A stretch of DNA of 63,641 nt, the filler included, from Nitrospinota bacterium (lineage in GTDB: Bacteria > JAUXIQ01), in the NCBI GenBank assembly GCA_030620925.1. It is 10 parts of 10 records of this genome, joined end to end, with 100 filler letters (N's around TTAATTAATTAA, not from the genome) between each part and the next. Parts side by side here need not be neighbours in the genome. Positions count along the whole stretch, not along the records: positions 1 to 6,583 come from JAUXIQ010000116.1; positions 6,684 to 20,563 come from JAUXIQ010000015.1; 8 more parts are not named here. One strand, given 5' to 3'. The first letter of the stretch is position 1, and each line of letters opens with the position of its first letter. Below, piece after piece: positions 1 through 8,686 of this stretch. The translations under genes were made by a program, and so were the position numbers. The notes below the pieces were generated by a model. The model saw only the letters and a list, made by a program, of their open reading frames with translations, was not told the DNA's origin and did no database searches.

Positions 1-174
1 GGCTCCCGGAAAGAGGGGCGGCTGAGCCCGACGGGACTGAATTACCCCCTCCCGTGGGAGGGGAAAATCGCATGAAGGGTTCCCGGGCCAGGAAGAGAAA
101 TAGAGCATGAGGACCGGCCCGGCGATATGGGCTCAACGGGCGAGCCTCGCAATAAGGGATGAAAAAGGGAATTT

Positions 175-669
175 ATGGAAAGTTTCCTCTTCTACATTTT
201 CGGCGGCATAGCCGTGGCTTCCGCGCTTCTGGTGGTGACCAGGCGCAATGCGGTAGGCAGCGCCATTTTCCTGATACTCTGTTTCTTCTGCCTGGGTGTG
301 CTCTACCTGCTGCTGCAGGCGCACTTCGTGGCGGTCATACAGGTGCTGGTATACGCCGGCGCTATCATGGTGCTCTTCCTTTTCGTGATTATGCTGCTCA
401 ACTTGAGCCAGATTGAGTTCGGGAGAATCCGCAATCTGGCGCTCAAGGTATTGGGGGCCGCCCTGGGTGTGGTGCTGCTGATAAACATCCTGGGCGCCAT
501 TAACAGGCCGCAGCTCTCCGAGGGGGTTCCCCTGAGCGAAGGGTTCGGGGGGACGGCCCAGGTGGGCATGCTGCTGTTTTCCAAGTACCTGATCCCCTTC
601 GAGGTGGCTTCGGTGCTTCTGCTGGCCGCCATCGTGGGGGCTATAATTCTGGCTCGGAGGGAGTTTTAG
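175..669 (+). CDS. nuoJ: NADH-quinone oxidoreductase subunit J
   Basis: Hydrophobic 164 aa with [19 protein letters not shown] and [10 protein letters not shown] motifs; position in the nuo operon. Confidence 0.97.
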   Translation: MESFLFYIFGGIAVASALLVVTRRNAVGSAIFLILCFFCLGVLYLLLQAHFVAVIQVLVYAGAIMVLFLFVIMLLNLSQIEFGRIRNLALKVLGAALGVVLLINILGAINRPQLSEGVPLSEGFGGTAQVGMLLFSKYLIPFEVASVLLLAAIVGAIILARREF

Positions 670-731
670 GCCTGGGGGAACCTGTCTGTATCCCGCCTAA
701 GGCGGGACCCCAGACCCCCTCCCAAGACTTT
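670..731. repeat. Intergenic REP-like palindromic element
   Basis: GGGGGAACC...CCCCAGACCCCCTCCC with an internal TCCCGCC-TAA-GGCGGGA palindrome; related palindromes occur near 27390-27480 and 58190. Confidence 0.55.
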
Positions 732-782
732 TATGACAGGTCATACAAGAGGTTTTCTCAACAGGAAAAGAGAAAGAAGGGT

Positions 783-1085
783 ATGGTTTCTGTAGAACAT
801 TATCTGATTCTTAGCGGCATTCTGTTCGCCATAGGCGTCATCGGCGTCCTCACCAGGCGCAACGCCATAATCGTCTTCATGTGCATAGAGCTTATGCTCA
901 ACGCAGTGAACCTGTCTTTCGTCGCCTTTGCAAGGCATTTCAACGATATGTCCGGCCACATCTTCGTGTTCATGATCATGACCGTGGCGGCGGCCGAGGC
1001 CGCGGTGGGTCTGGCCATAATACTGGCCATCTTCAGGAACAGGGAGACGGTGGACGTGGACGAGATAAACATAATGAAGTGGTGA
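783..1085 (+). CDS. nuoK: NADH-quinone oxidoreductase subunit K
   Basis: 100 aa with [12 protein letters not shown] and [10 protein letters not shown] motifs. Confidence 0.98.
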   Translation: MVSVEHYLILSGILFAIGVIGVLTRRNAIIVFMCIELMLNAVNLSFVAFARHFNDMSGHIFVFMIMTVAAAEAAVGLAIILAIFRNRETVDVDEINIMKW

Positions 1086-1101
1086 TCGCAGGGAGAGTTG
1101 T

Positions 1102-3096
1102 ATGCCACATCCTGAAGCGGTGTTTTTTTTGAGGTTCATCCCTCTCATGCCTCTGCTGGGGTTTCTGGTGAACGGGATCTTCGGAAGCCGTCTGCCCAGA
1201 AGGGCTGTGGGGCTCATCGGCTGCGGCACGGTGCTGGCCTCTCTGGTCATATCTTTCGTGGCTTTCGCCAGGCTGGTGGGCATGGAGCCGGAAAACCGTG
1301 CCCTGCTGGACACCGTTTACGTGTGGATCGAATCGGGGACGAAGGGATGGATTTTCAGGGCGGATGTGGCGTTCCTGGTGGACCCGTTGTCCAGCGTGAT
1401 GACGCTTGTGGTATCGGGTGTGGGTTTTCTCATTCACGTCTATTCCATCGGATACATGGGGCATGATCCTCGCTACCCCCGTTATTTTTCCATGCTCAAC
1501 CTGTTCACCTTCTTCATGCTGGTGCTGGTCATGGCCGATAACGCTCTCCTCCTTTTCCTTGGCTGGGAAGGGGTCGGCCTGAGCTCCTATCTCCTCATAG
1601 GTTTCTGGTTCGAGCGCGACTCGGCGGCGTCGGCGGGCAAGAAGGCTTTCATCGTCAACCGGGTGGGTGATTTCGGTTTCGTCCTGGCCGTATTGCTTAT
1701 TTTCGTTACCTTCCGCACCATCAACATCTACGAAATAGCAGGCATCGCCGGGGGACACCCCGAGCTGCTGGCGGGCGGAACAGCCATACTCATCACCCTG
1801 TTGCTGTTTATGGGGGCCGCCGGCAAGTCGGCCCAGATTCCCCTCTACGTCTGGCTGCCGGACGCCATGGAAGGCCCCACTCCGGTCAGCGCCCTGATAC
1901 ACGCAGCGACCATGGTCACCGCTGGAGTCTACATGGTGGCCCGCTTCAATTTCCTCTACCTGGCCGCTCCGGGTGTGATGATGGTGGTGGCCGTAATAGG
2001 AGTCATCACCGCCATTTTCGCCGCATCCATCGGCACCGCTCAGAACGATATAAAGCGCGTCCTGGCCTATTCCACCATCAGCCAGCTTGGATACATGTTC
2101 CTGGCCATGGGTGTCGGGGCATTCGCGGCGGGTATCTTCCATCTCATGACTCACGCCTTCTTCAAGGCCCTCCTCTTTCTGGGCGCGGGAAGCGTCATAC
2201 ACGCCATGTCCGATGAGATGGACATGCGAAACATGGGCGGGTTGAAGTCCATCATGCCCATAACTTTCTGGACAATGCTCTTCGCCACCCTGGCCATATC
2301 CGGTGTGCCGGGCCTTTCAGGCTTCTTCAGCAAGGACGAGATATTGTGGGAATCCTTCAGCTCGGCTTACGGGAGCACATTCCTTTGGGTGGTGGGAATC
2401 GTCACCGCCGGATTGACCGCCTTCTATATGTTCCGCCTGATGTTTATGACTTTCTATGGCGAATGCAGGGCCAGCGAGGAGGTCAAGCGCCATCTCCACG
2501 AATCGCCCGCGGTGATGACCGTCCCGTTGATTATCCTGGGCGGTCTCTCCATCATCGGGGGATACATCGGGCTGCCTAAAATCCTGGGAGGAGCGCACTG
2601 GTTCCAGAGCTTCCTGGACCCGGTGTTCGGCGGGGCGCACGAGGGGGCGACTCACGCTTCATCGGGAGTTACTCTGGCCTCAACCGGGGTCGAACACGCG
2701 TCGGCTTCGACGGAGTACATCCTGATGGTGGTATCCATCGTGGTGGCGGTGGTGGGTATTTTAATCGCCTATAAGTTGTACGTTAAGAGAACGGATTTAC
2801 CGCAGAAGATGGCCCAGCGGGTGCAGTGGGGCTACAAGCTGCTGCTCAATAAATATTACGTCGACGAAGGATATAACGCCTCCATAATTCAGCCGGTGAT
2901 CTCCTTTTCGCAGCATCTGTGGCGGCACTTCGATGATCTGATTATAGACGGCGGGGTGAACGGCCTGGGCTGGGTGGTGACCCGGATGAGCCGGGGTGTG
3001 CGGGTGGTGCATACGGGCTACGTGCAGAACTACGCCCTGCTGGTGTTGATAGGGACGCTGGGGATAATCTGGTATCTTCTTTTTTACAGGACTTAA
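1102..3096 (+). CDS. nuoL: NADH-quinone oxidoreductase subunit L
   Basis: GWEGVG, KSAQIPLYVWLPDAMEGPTPVSALIHAATMV and HAFFKALLFL motifs. Confidence 0.98.
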   Translation: MPHPEAVFFLRFIPLMPLLGFLVNGIFGSRLPRRAVGLIGCGTVLASLVISFVAFARLVGMEPENRALLDTVYVWIESGTKGWIFRADVAFLVDPLSSVMTLVVSGVGFLIHVYSIGYMGHDPRYPRYFSMLNLFTFFMLVLVMADNALLLFLGWEGVGLSSYLLIGFWFERDSAASAGKKAFIVNRVGDFGFVLAVLLIFVTFRTINIYEIAGIAGGHPELLAGGTAILITLLLFMGAAGKSAQIPLYVWLPDAMEGPTPVSALIHAATMVTAGVYMVARFNFLYLAAPGVMMVVAVIGVITAIFAASIGTAQNDIKRVLAYSTISQLGYMFLAMGVGAFAAGIFHLMTHAFFKALLFLGAGSVIHAMSDEMDMRNMGGLKSIMPITFWTMLFATLAISGVPGLSGFFSKDEILWESFSSAYGSTFLWVVGIVTAGLTAFYMFRLMFMTFYGECRASEEVKRHLHESPAVMTVPLIILGGLSIIGGYIGLPKILGGAHWFQSFLDPVFGGAHEGATHASSGVTLASTGVEHASASTEYILMVVSIVVAVVGILIAYKLYVKRTDLPQKMAQRVQWGYKLLLNKYYVDEGYNASIIQPVISFSQHLWRHFDDLIIDGGVNGLGWVVTRMSRGVRVVHTGYVQNYALLVLIGTLGIIWYLLFYRT

Positions 3097-3105
3097 TGAA
3101 AGCTT

Positions 3106-4728
3106 ATGGTTGCTGAATCTTCGTTGCTTACCTGGGTGGTCTTCACACCCCTCATAGGGGTGGCGATACTCCTTTTCGTCAAACCGGAGAGGGAGGAGCT
3201 GCTGCGCTGGATAACCTTGGCGGTGACCCTGTTCGTGTTCTTCCTCTCACTGCCGCTCTTCTTCAAGTTCAACTCCGATACCTATCTTATGCAGTTCACC
3301 CAGAAGATTCCCTGGATACCCGGGTACGGCATCTTTTACAGCGTGGGCATAGACGGCATAAGCCTGTTTCTGGTGCTGCTGACCACGTTCCTCATGCCTA
3401 TCTGCATCCTCTCCTCCTGGCGCTACATCACCGAAAAGATCAAACAGTACATGATAGCCATGCTGCTGCTGGAGATGGGCATGCTGGGCGTTTTCGTAGC
3501 CCTGGACCTGTTCCTGTTTTACATCTTTTGGGAGGCCATGCTCATCCCCATGTACCTGCTCATCGGAGTGTGGGGCGGCCCCCGCAAGATTTATGCGGCC
3601 ATAAAGTTTTTTCTGTATACCATGGCGGGCAGCCTGCTCATGCTGGTGGCCATCCTGTTCCTCTATTTCAAATCGGGGATGAATACCTTCGACATACTCA
3701 AGCTATACGAAGCGGGCTTTCCACTGGAGTTGCAGATATGGATGTTCCTGGCCTTCGCCGTGGCATTTGCCATCAAGGTGCCCATGTTCCCCTTCCATAC
3801 CTGGCTTCCCGACGCACACGTGGAAGCGCCCACTGCGGGGAGCGTGATCCTGGCCGCCGTGCTGTTAAAGATGGGCATCTACGGGTTCCTGCGGCTGGCC
3901 ATACCGCTGTTCCCGCAGGGCTCCCTCTATTTCACCCCGCTAATCATATATCTGGCCATCATAGGGATAATCTACGGGGCGCTGGTGGCTATGGTGCAGC
4001 CTGACGTCAAGAAGTTGGTAGCCTATTCATCCGTCAGCCACCTGGGGTTCGTCATGCTGGGCATCTACGCGCTCAATATGAACGGAATCGAGGGCGGCGT
4101 ATACCAGATGCTCAGCCACGGCCTCAGTACGGGAGCCCTCTTTTTGCTGGTGGGAATTATCTACGAACGGCGCCATACCCGCCTTATAGCCGATTTCGGC
4201 GGCATGCAGAAGCGGATGCCGATCTTCGGGGCCATCTTCCTCATCGTGGTCATGTCCTCCATCGGGCTTCCGGGCTTAAACGGTTTCGTGGGAGAGTTCC
4301 TGATACTGGTGGGAGCCTTCCAGGTCAAAAAGATATACGCTATTGTGGCCGCTGTGGGGGTAATATTGAGCGCCTGCTACATGCTGTGGATGTTCCAGCG
4401 CATGATGTTCGGCAAGCTGGACAAGCCGGAAAACGAGGAAGTATCCGACATCAACAAGCGGGAGCTTGCCTACATGCTTCCGGTGCTGGTGCTCATCGTT
4501 TTGATGGGCGTCTACCCCTCCCCGTTCCTGCGCAGGATGGACGCTTCGGTGGCCCATTTCATAGCGCTGAGTCAGGGCAAGAAAGAAGTTTATGCGTTTG
4601 AGGATAAAGCTGTAAACCCCGTCTCGCATCTGCTCGGAAAATCCAAAGTCGGAAAGAGCGATGGCAGGATGCGGGATGCACAATTTACGATGCACGATGC
4701 AGGGTTCAGGGTGAAGAGGAATAGATGA
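3106..4728 (+). CDS. nuoM: NADH-quinone oxidoreductase subunit M
   Basis: IKVPMFPFHTWLPDAHVEAPTAGS and AYSSVSHLG motifs; hydrophilic C-terminal extension. Confidence 0.98.
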   Translation: MVAESSLLTWVVFTPLIGVAILLFVKPEREELLRWITLAVTLFVFFLSLPLFFKFNSDTYLMQFTQKIPWIPGYGIFYSVGIDGISLFLVLLTTFLMPICILSSWRYITEKIKQYMIAMLLLEMGMLGVFVALDLFLFYIFWEAMLIPMYLLIGVWGGPRKIYAAIKFFLYTMAGSLLMLVAILFLYFKSGMNTFDILKLYEAGFPLELQIWMFLAFAVAFAIKVPMFPFHTWLPDAHVEAPTAGSVILAAVLLKMGIYGFLRLAIPLFPQGSLYFTPLIIYLAIIGIIYGALVAMVQPDVKKLVAYSSVSHLGFVMLGIYALNMNGIEGGVYQMLSHGLSTGALFLLVGIIYERRHTRLIADFGGMQKRMPIFGAIFLIVVMSSIGLPGLNGFVGEFLILVGAFQVKKIYAIVAAVGVILSACYMLWMFQRMMFGKLDKPENEEVSDINKRELAYMLPVLVLIVLMGVYPSPFLRRMDASVAHFIALSQGKKEVYAFEDKAVNPVSHLLGKSKVGKSDGRMRDAQFTMHDAGFRVKRNR

Positions 4729-4752
4729 ATCATGGATAAGGGAGCCTGAAAG

Positions 4753-6210
4753 TTGGAATTCACATTACCGGCAATAAAGATTGGTGCCATAGCTCCGGAG
4801 CTGATTCTGGTCTGTTCCGCGGCCGGACTGATGATGCTGGACGCTTTCGCCAAAGAGCGGGGCAAGACGCTCCTCCCTATCCTGAGCATCGTGGGGTTGG
4901 CGCTGGCGATGGTGGCGTCCCTCAAGCTGTGGGGAAAATCGGAAGTGACTTTCGCCGGTATGGTGGCCGTGGACAGCTACCGGGTGTTCTTTAATATTAT
5001 TTTCATCATCGGCGCCCTGCTCACCGTGCTCTTGTCCATGAACTATACCCCACGCGAGGAGATAGACCGGGGGGAGTACTACGTACTGGTCTTGCTGGCT
5101 ACGGTGGGTATGATGGTCATGGCCGCGGGAACCGACCTGATAATGATCTTCCTGGGCCTCGAACTGCTCTCCATAAGCGTTTACGTTCTGGCGGGGTTCG
5201 CCAGGGGGCAGTTGAAATCCAACGAAGCCGCCCTCAAATATTTTCTGTTGGGGGCTTTCGCCTCCGGTTTCCTGCTCTACGGCATGGCCCTGGTCTATGG
5301 GGCCGTGGGCAGCACCAACCTGGCCATGATAGCCGAGACGCTGGCCACACCGCACCTCCCCGCCAGGGTTTTGCTCATGGTGGGCGTGGGGCTCCTGGTG
5401 GTGGGTTTCGGCTTCAAGGTCGCCATAGTGCCCTTCCACATGTGGACGCCGGACGTCTACGAAGGTGCCCCCACTTCCATCACCGCGTTTATGGCCGTGG
5501 GGGTCAAGGCGGCCGCCTTCGCCGGTTTCGCCAGGGTGTTCATCGGCGCCCTGGGCGCGCTGCACCCCGATTGGACGATGGTCCTGTGGGTGCTGGCCGT
5601 GGCTACCATGACCGTGGGCAACCTGGCGGCTATCACCCAGAGCAATATCAAGCGGATGCTTGCTTATTCCAGTATCGCCCACGCGGGCTACGTCCTGGTG
5701 GGTATGGTGGCGGGTAACGAAGTGGGCCGCGCCAGCATGCTCTTCTACCTGCTGGCCTACACTTTCATGCAGGCCGGTGCATTCGGGGTGGTGATAATGC
5801 TGGGCCAGAAGGGCGAGCCCCGGCTCAACATAACCGATTACGCCGGCGTGGGTCACAAATATCCCTTAATCGGTGTAGCCATGGCCATCTTCATGTTCTC
5901 GCTGGGGGGTATTCCGCCCACGGCGGGTTTCGTGGGCAAGTTTTATCTGTTCGGGGCGGCCATCAAAGCAGGCTACGTATGGCTGGTGATCCTGGGGGTA
6001 ATCAACAGCGCCATATCCATATATTATTACCTGCGGGTGACCGTGGTCATGTACATGCACGAGGAGGGGGAGGAAGTCCTGGCCGTCTCCAGAGCGCCTG
6101 CGGTGGCCCTGGCCCTGATCCTCACCTCCGTTGCCACCTTAGGATTGGGGATATTCCCTTCCTGGATCTGGGAGCCGGTCCAGAAGACGGTTAACCTTCT
6201 CCTGGGTTAA
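4753..6210 (+). CDS. nuoN: NADH-quinone oxidoreductase subunit N
   Basis: EAALKYF, VPFHMWTPDVYEGAP and KRMLAYSSIAHAGY motifs; TTG start after GGAG. Confidence 0.97.
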   Translation: MEFTLPAIKIGAIAPELILVCSAAGLMMLDAFAKERGKTLLPILSIVGLALAMVASLKLWGKSEVTFAGMVAVDSYRVFFNIIFIIGALLTVLLSMNYTPREEIDRGEYYVLVLLATVGMMVMAAGTDLIMIFLGLELLSISVYVLAGFARGQLKSNEAALKYFLLGAFASGFLLYGMALVYGAVGSTNLAMIAETLATPHLPARVLLMVGVGLLVVGFGFKVAIVPFHMWTPDVYEGAPTSITAFMAVGVKAAAFAGFARVFIGALGALHPDWTMVLWVLAVATMTVGNLAAITQSNIKRMLAYSSIAHAGYVLVGMVAGNEVGRASMLFYLLAYTFMQAGAFGVVIMLGQKGEPRLNITDYAGVGHKYPLIGVAMAIFMFSLGGIPPTAGFVGKFYLFGAAIKAGYVWLVILGVINSAISIYYYLRVTVVMYMHEEGEEVLAVSRAPAVALALILTSVATLGLGIFPSWIWEPVQKTVNLLLG

Positions 6211-6230
6211 GGGCCGTTTCCAAAAACATC

Positions 6231-6260
6231 TTGACGGGCAGGTTCGCTTACTGAGATAAT
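6231..6260 (+). promoter_or_regulatory. Putative sigma70 promoter of tRNA-Phe
   Basis: TTGACG-N18-GATAAT upstream of the tRNA. Confidence 0.5.
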
Positions 6261-6312
6261 ACCGCCCTGCTGATAAGCCCTAATCTTCTCTTATACCCAC
6301 CTTTTAGCTGGT

Positions 6313-6385
<73 letters not shown>

Positions 6386-6489
6386 CCTCTTCATTTCTAT
6401 TAGTATCGGAGCGCCCCTGCGTCTGATAACAGGTAGGGTTATCCAATAATGCTGGTTTGAGCTGGTTGCTGTCATGAAGAATGGAAAAG

Positions 6490-6524
6490 AAGAGGGCACC
6501 GAGAATGGACCTCGGTGCCCTCTT
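6490..6524. terminator. Perfect 14-bp hairpin, likely intrinsic terminator
   Basis: AAGAGGGCACCGAG-7 nt-CTCGGTGCCCTCTT downstream of tRNA-Phe. Confidence 0.7.
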
Positions 6525-6583
6525 TGCCGGTGGTGATTTCCCGTAGAGACTCTTTTTCTTGGTGGGATTTGTTACGGTTAGTA

Positions 6584-6683
6584 NNNNNNNNNNNNNNNNN
6601 NNNNNNNNNNNNNNNNNNNNNNNNNNNTTAATTAATTAANNNNNNNNNNNNNNNNNNNNNNNNNNNNNNNNNNNNNNNNNNNN
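6584..6683. other. Artificial contig/scaffold linker
   Basis: 44 N + TTAATTAATTAA (stops in all six frames) + 44 N. Confidence 0.99.
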
Positions 6684-6823
6684 AAATAACCTTTTCTGAC
6701 GGCGAGTCGATAGACGTAGAAGGAGAAATGTTGAGGGTTTCCGACGACCAGGCAGTCGTTTATCTATACACTGAAATTCCACCTTCCAGGATTACAAAAG
6801 AGAACGAGCTTTTAAGAGATTAG
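6684..6823 (+). CDS. 3' fragment of a possible PilZ-like domain protein (truncated by the gap)
   Basis: Open frame ITFSDGESIDVEGEMLRVSDDQAVVYLYTEIPPSRITKENELLRD* resembles the C-terminal beta strands of PilZ. Confidence 0.4.
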
Positions 6824-6991
6824 CGTCAATCTCGATTTGCTGCCACAGCCTTTAAAACCCCCGTGGTGAGAAGTAGCGCAATTCAGGGGCGCAAATTACA
6901 CAAAAGTTTTTGGGTTGCATGCCCCGTGGAACGCGGGGTTTCAAAAGGCATTCTCACATTCCGTTTCCGGTATGCGGCTCAGCCTGAGCTT

Positions 6992-8683
6992 TTAGAGCCC
7001 ATCTCTAAGCTTTCGGGTGGCTTCCCGATCAACGGTCATGTCAGAGGGGTTTATGACCACCGCGTAAATTTTCTCCGCTGCTTCCATTGACACATAACCA
7101 TCCATCACGTCTTTCAAGACCAACTCCGGTTCTCGCTCAGAGGGAGTGAAGAAACCTCCTCCTCCGGCCTGGTTGAGCGTCACCACATCACCCGGAGAAA
7201 GCTGATAACTCTTCTTGGGGTCCGGGGTTATGGTCTCATTCACGGAAACGCCGCCCGGAGCCCCATCCTTGCCCCCCTGCAGACCCCAGGGCGGGAACTT
7301 GATCTTCTCGAACATGCAGGAGAGGACGGCGGGCTCTTCAGTCCTCACCCTGAACGACATGACCTGGGCCAACCCTCCCCTGTATTTTCCAGCCCCCCCG
7401 GAATCCTGCAGCAGCTCCTTCTTCACAATGAAAATCGGCGAGACGTTCTCCTGTATCTCCACCGGGGTGTTGGAAAGGTTGCTCGGGAAACCGGTGGTGG
7501 AGAGGCCGTCCTTGCCGGGCCGCGCCCCCATGCCGCCGTACCAGGTGGTGTAGGAGATAAACCTTTCGCCGCTTTCTTTCACGCCGTGGAGCATGGCCCC
7601 CATTATGAAGGAGCTATCGGCTATTACCTTTTCCGGAACTACCAGCGCCAGCGCGCCCAGCACGGCGCCGGGGGTGAAATGCCCTATGAGTCGCCGCCCG
7701 GATACCGGCGCCGGGTATCGGGTGTTGAATATGCTGCCCTCGGGAGCGGAGACTTTGACCGGTCTGAAGCTCCCCTCATTGGTGGGAATATCGGGGCATA
7801 GAGCACAGATGACAGCGTAAACGGAATAGGCCTGGGTATAGTTGAGAACGACGTTCACGCCTCTGTCGACTTCCGCCGAGCTGCCGGCGTAGTCGATGCC
7901 CATCTCGTCCCCTTCCACGGTCACCGTGCACTGCACGGTCAGCGGTTCATCCAGCCCATCTATATAGAACCGGTGCGGGTATTCGCCGTCGGGAACCCTG
8001 GAGACGGCCTCACGCATCATGACCTCGGAACGGGAAAGGATTATCTCCGAGAGCTCCTCCAAATCCTTCAAGCCGAATTCATCCATGGTCATCAGCAGCT
8101 TTTCTCCGCATACTTCGTTGGCCGCCACCTGGGCTCTTATGTCGCCCACCACTTCGCGCGGTGAACGTACGTTGTTCTCGATGATTTCGAAAAGCTCCTG
8201 ATTGGGCCTCCCCTTCTTATAGAGTTTCAAAATGGGAATCTGCAGCCCCTCCTCGTAAACCTCTTTCCCTTCAGCGGAATAGACCCTCCCCCCAATATCC
8301 ACTGCGTGGCAGGTGCTGGCAAGCAGAGCCACGCACCCTTCTCCCGAAAAGACAGGGGTAACGACGGTGATATCGTTGAGATGCCCCGACACTTTCCAGG
8401 GGTCGTTGGTTATGAGGGTATCGCCTTGTTCGAGTTTATCCAGGGGGTACTTCTGAAGAAAAGATTTGACCCCCGTGGCCATGGAGATGGTATGCCCCGG
8501 TGTGCCCGTGATCGATTGAGCAATCATCCTCCCCCGCCGGTCGAATACGCCGCAGGAGAGGTCCTGCATTTCGCTCACAATGGTAGAGAAGGAAGCCCTG
8601 GTCAGCGTAATCGCCATTTCCTCCATCAGTGATATCAGCCTGTTCCAGAGAATTTCCAGCGTTACTGCATCGATTTTTGCCAT
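6992..8683 (-). CDS. Hydantoinase B/oxoprolinase family protein (HyuB-like)
   Basis: NDPW..GHLND, CHAVDIGG, EEGLQIP, NTPVE and DSGGAGKYRGG motifs. Confidence 0.95.
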   Translation of the reverse strand: MAKIDAVTLEILWNRLISLMEEMAITLTRASFSTIVSEMQDLSCGVFDRRGRMIAQSITGTPGHTISMATGVKSFLQKYPLDKLEQGDTLITNDPWKVSGHLNDITVVTPVFSGEGCVALLASTCHAVDIGGRVYSAEGKEVYEEGLQIPILKLYKKGRPNQELFEIIENNVRSPREVVGDIRAQVAANEVCGEKLLMTMDEFGLKDLEELSEIILSRSEVMMREAVSRVPDGEYPHRFYIDGLDEPLTVQCTVTVEGDEMGIDYAGSSAEVDRGVNVVLNYTQAYSVYAVICALCPDIPTNEGSFRPVKVSAPEGSIFNTRYPAPVSGRRLIGHFTPGAVLGALALVVPEKVIADSSFIMGAMLHGVKESGERFISYTTWYGGMGARPGKDGLSTTGFPSNLSNTPVEIQENVSPIFIVKKELLQDSGGAGKYRGGLAQVMSFRVRTEEPAVLSCMFEKIKFPPWGLQGGKDGAPGGVSVNETITPDPKKSYQLSPGDVVTLNQAGGGGFFTPSEREPELVLKDVMDGYVSMEAAEKIYAVVINPSDMTVDREATRKLRDGL

Positions 8684-8686
8684 GGC

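Noticed and set aside
1033-2202. Long antisense ORFs (also 4765-5856, 9272-10225, 15759-16697, 28112-28921, 43944-44882, 51705-52598)
   Set aside because: Shadows of well-supported genes in GC-rich DNA, with no recognisable motifs
6386-6583. Possible integration site at tRNA-Phe (ends CCT, near the contig end)
   Set aside because: No integrase or duplicated tRNA 3' end is visible; non-encoded CCA is common
6584-6683. Recurrent TTAATTAATTAA flanked by N runs (nine copies)
   Set aside because: Artificial six-frame-stop linker, not a biological repeat or CRISPR
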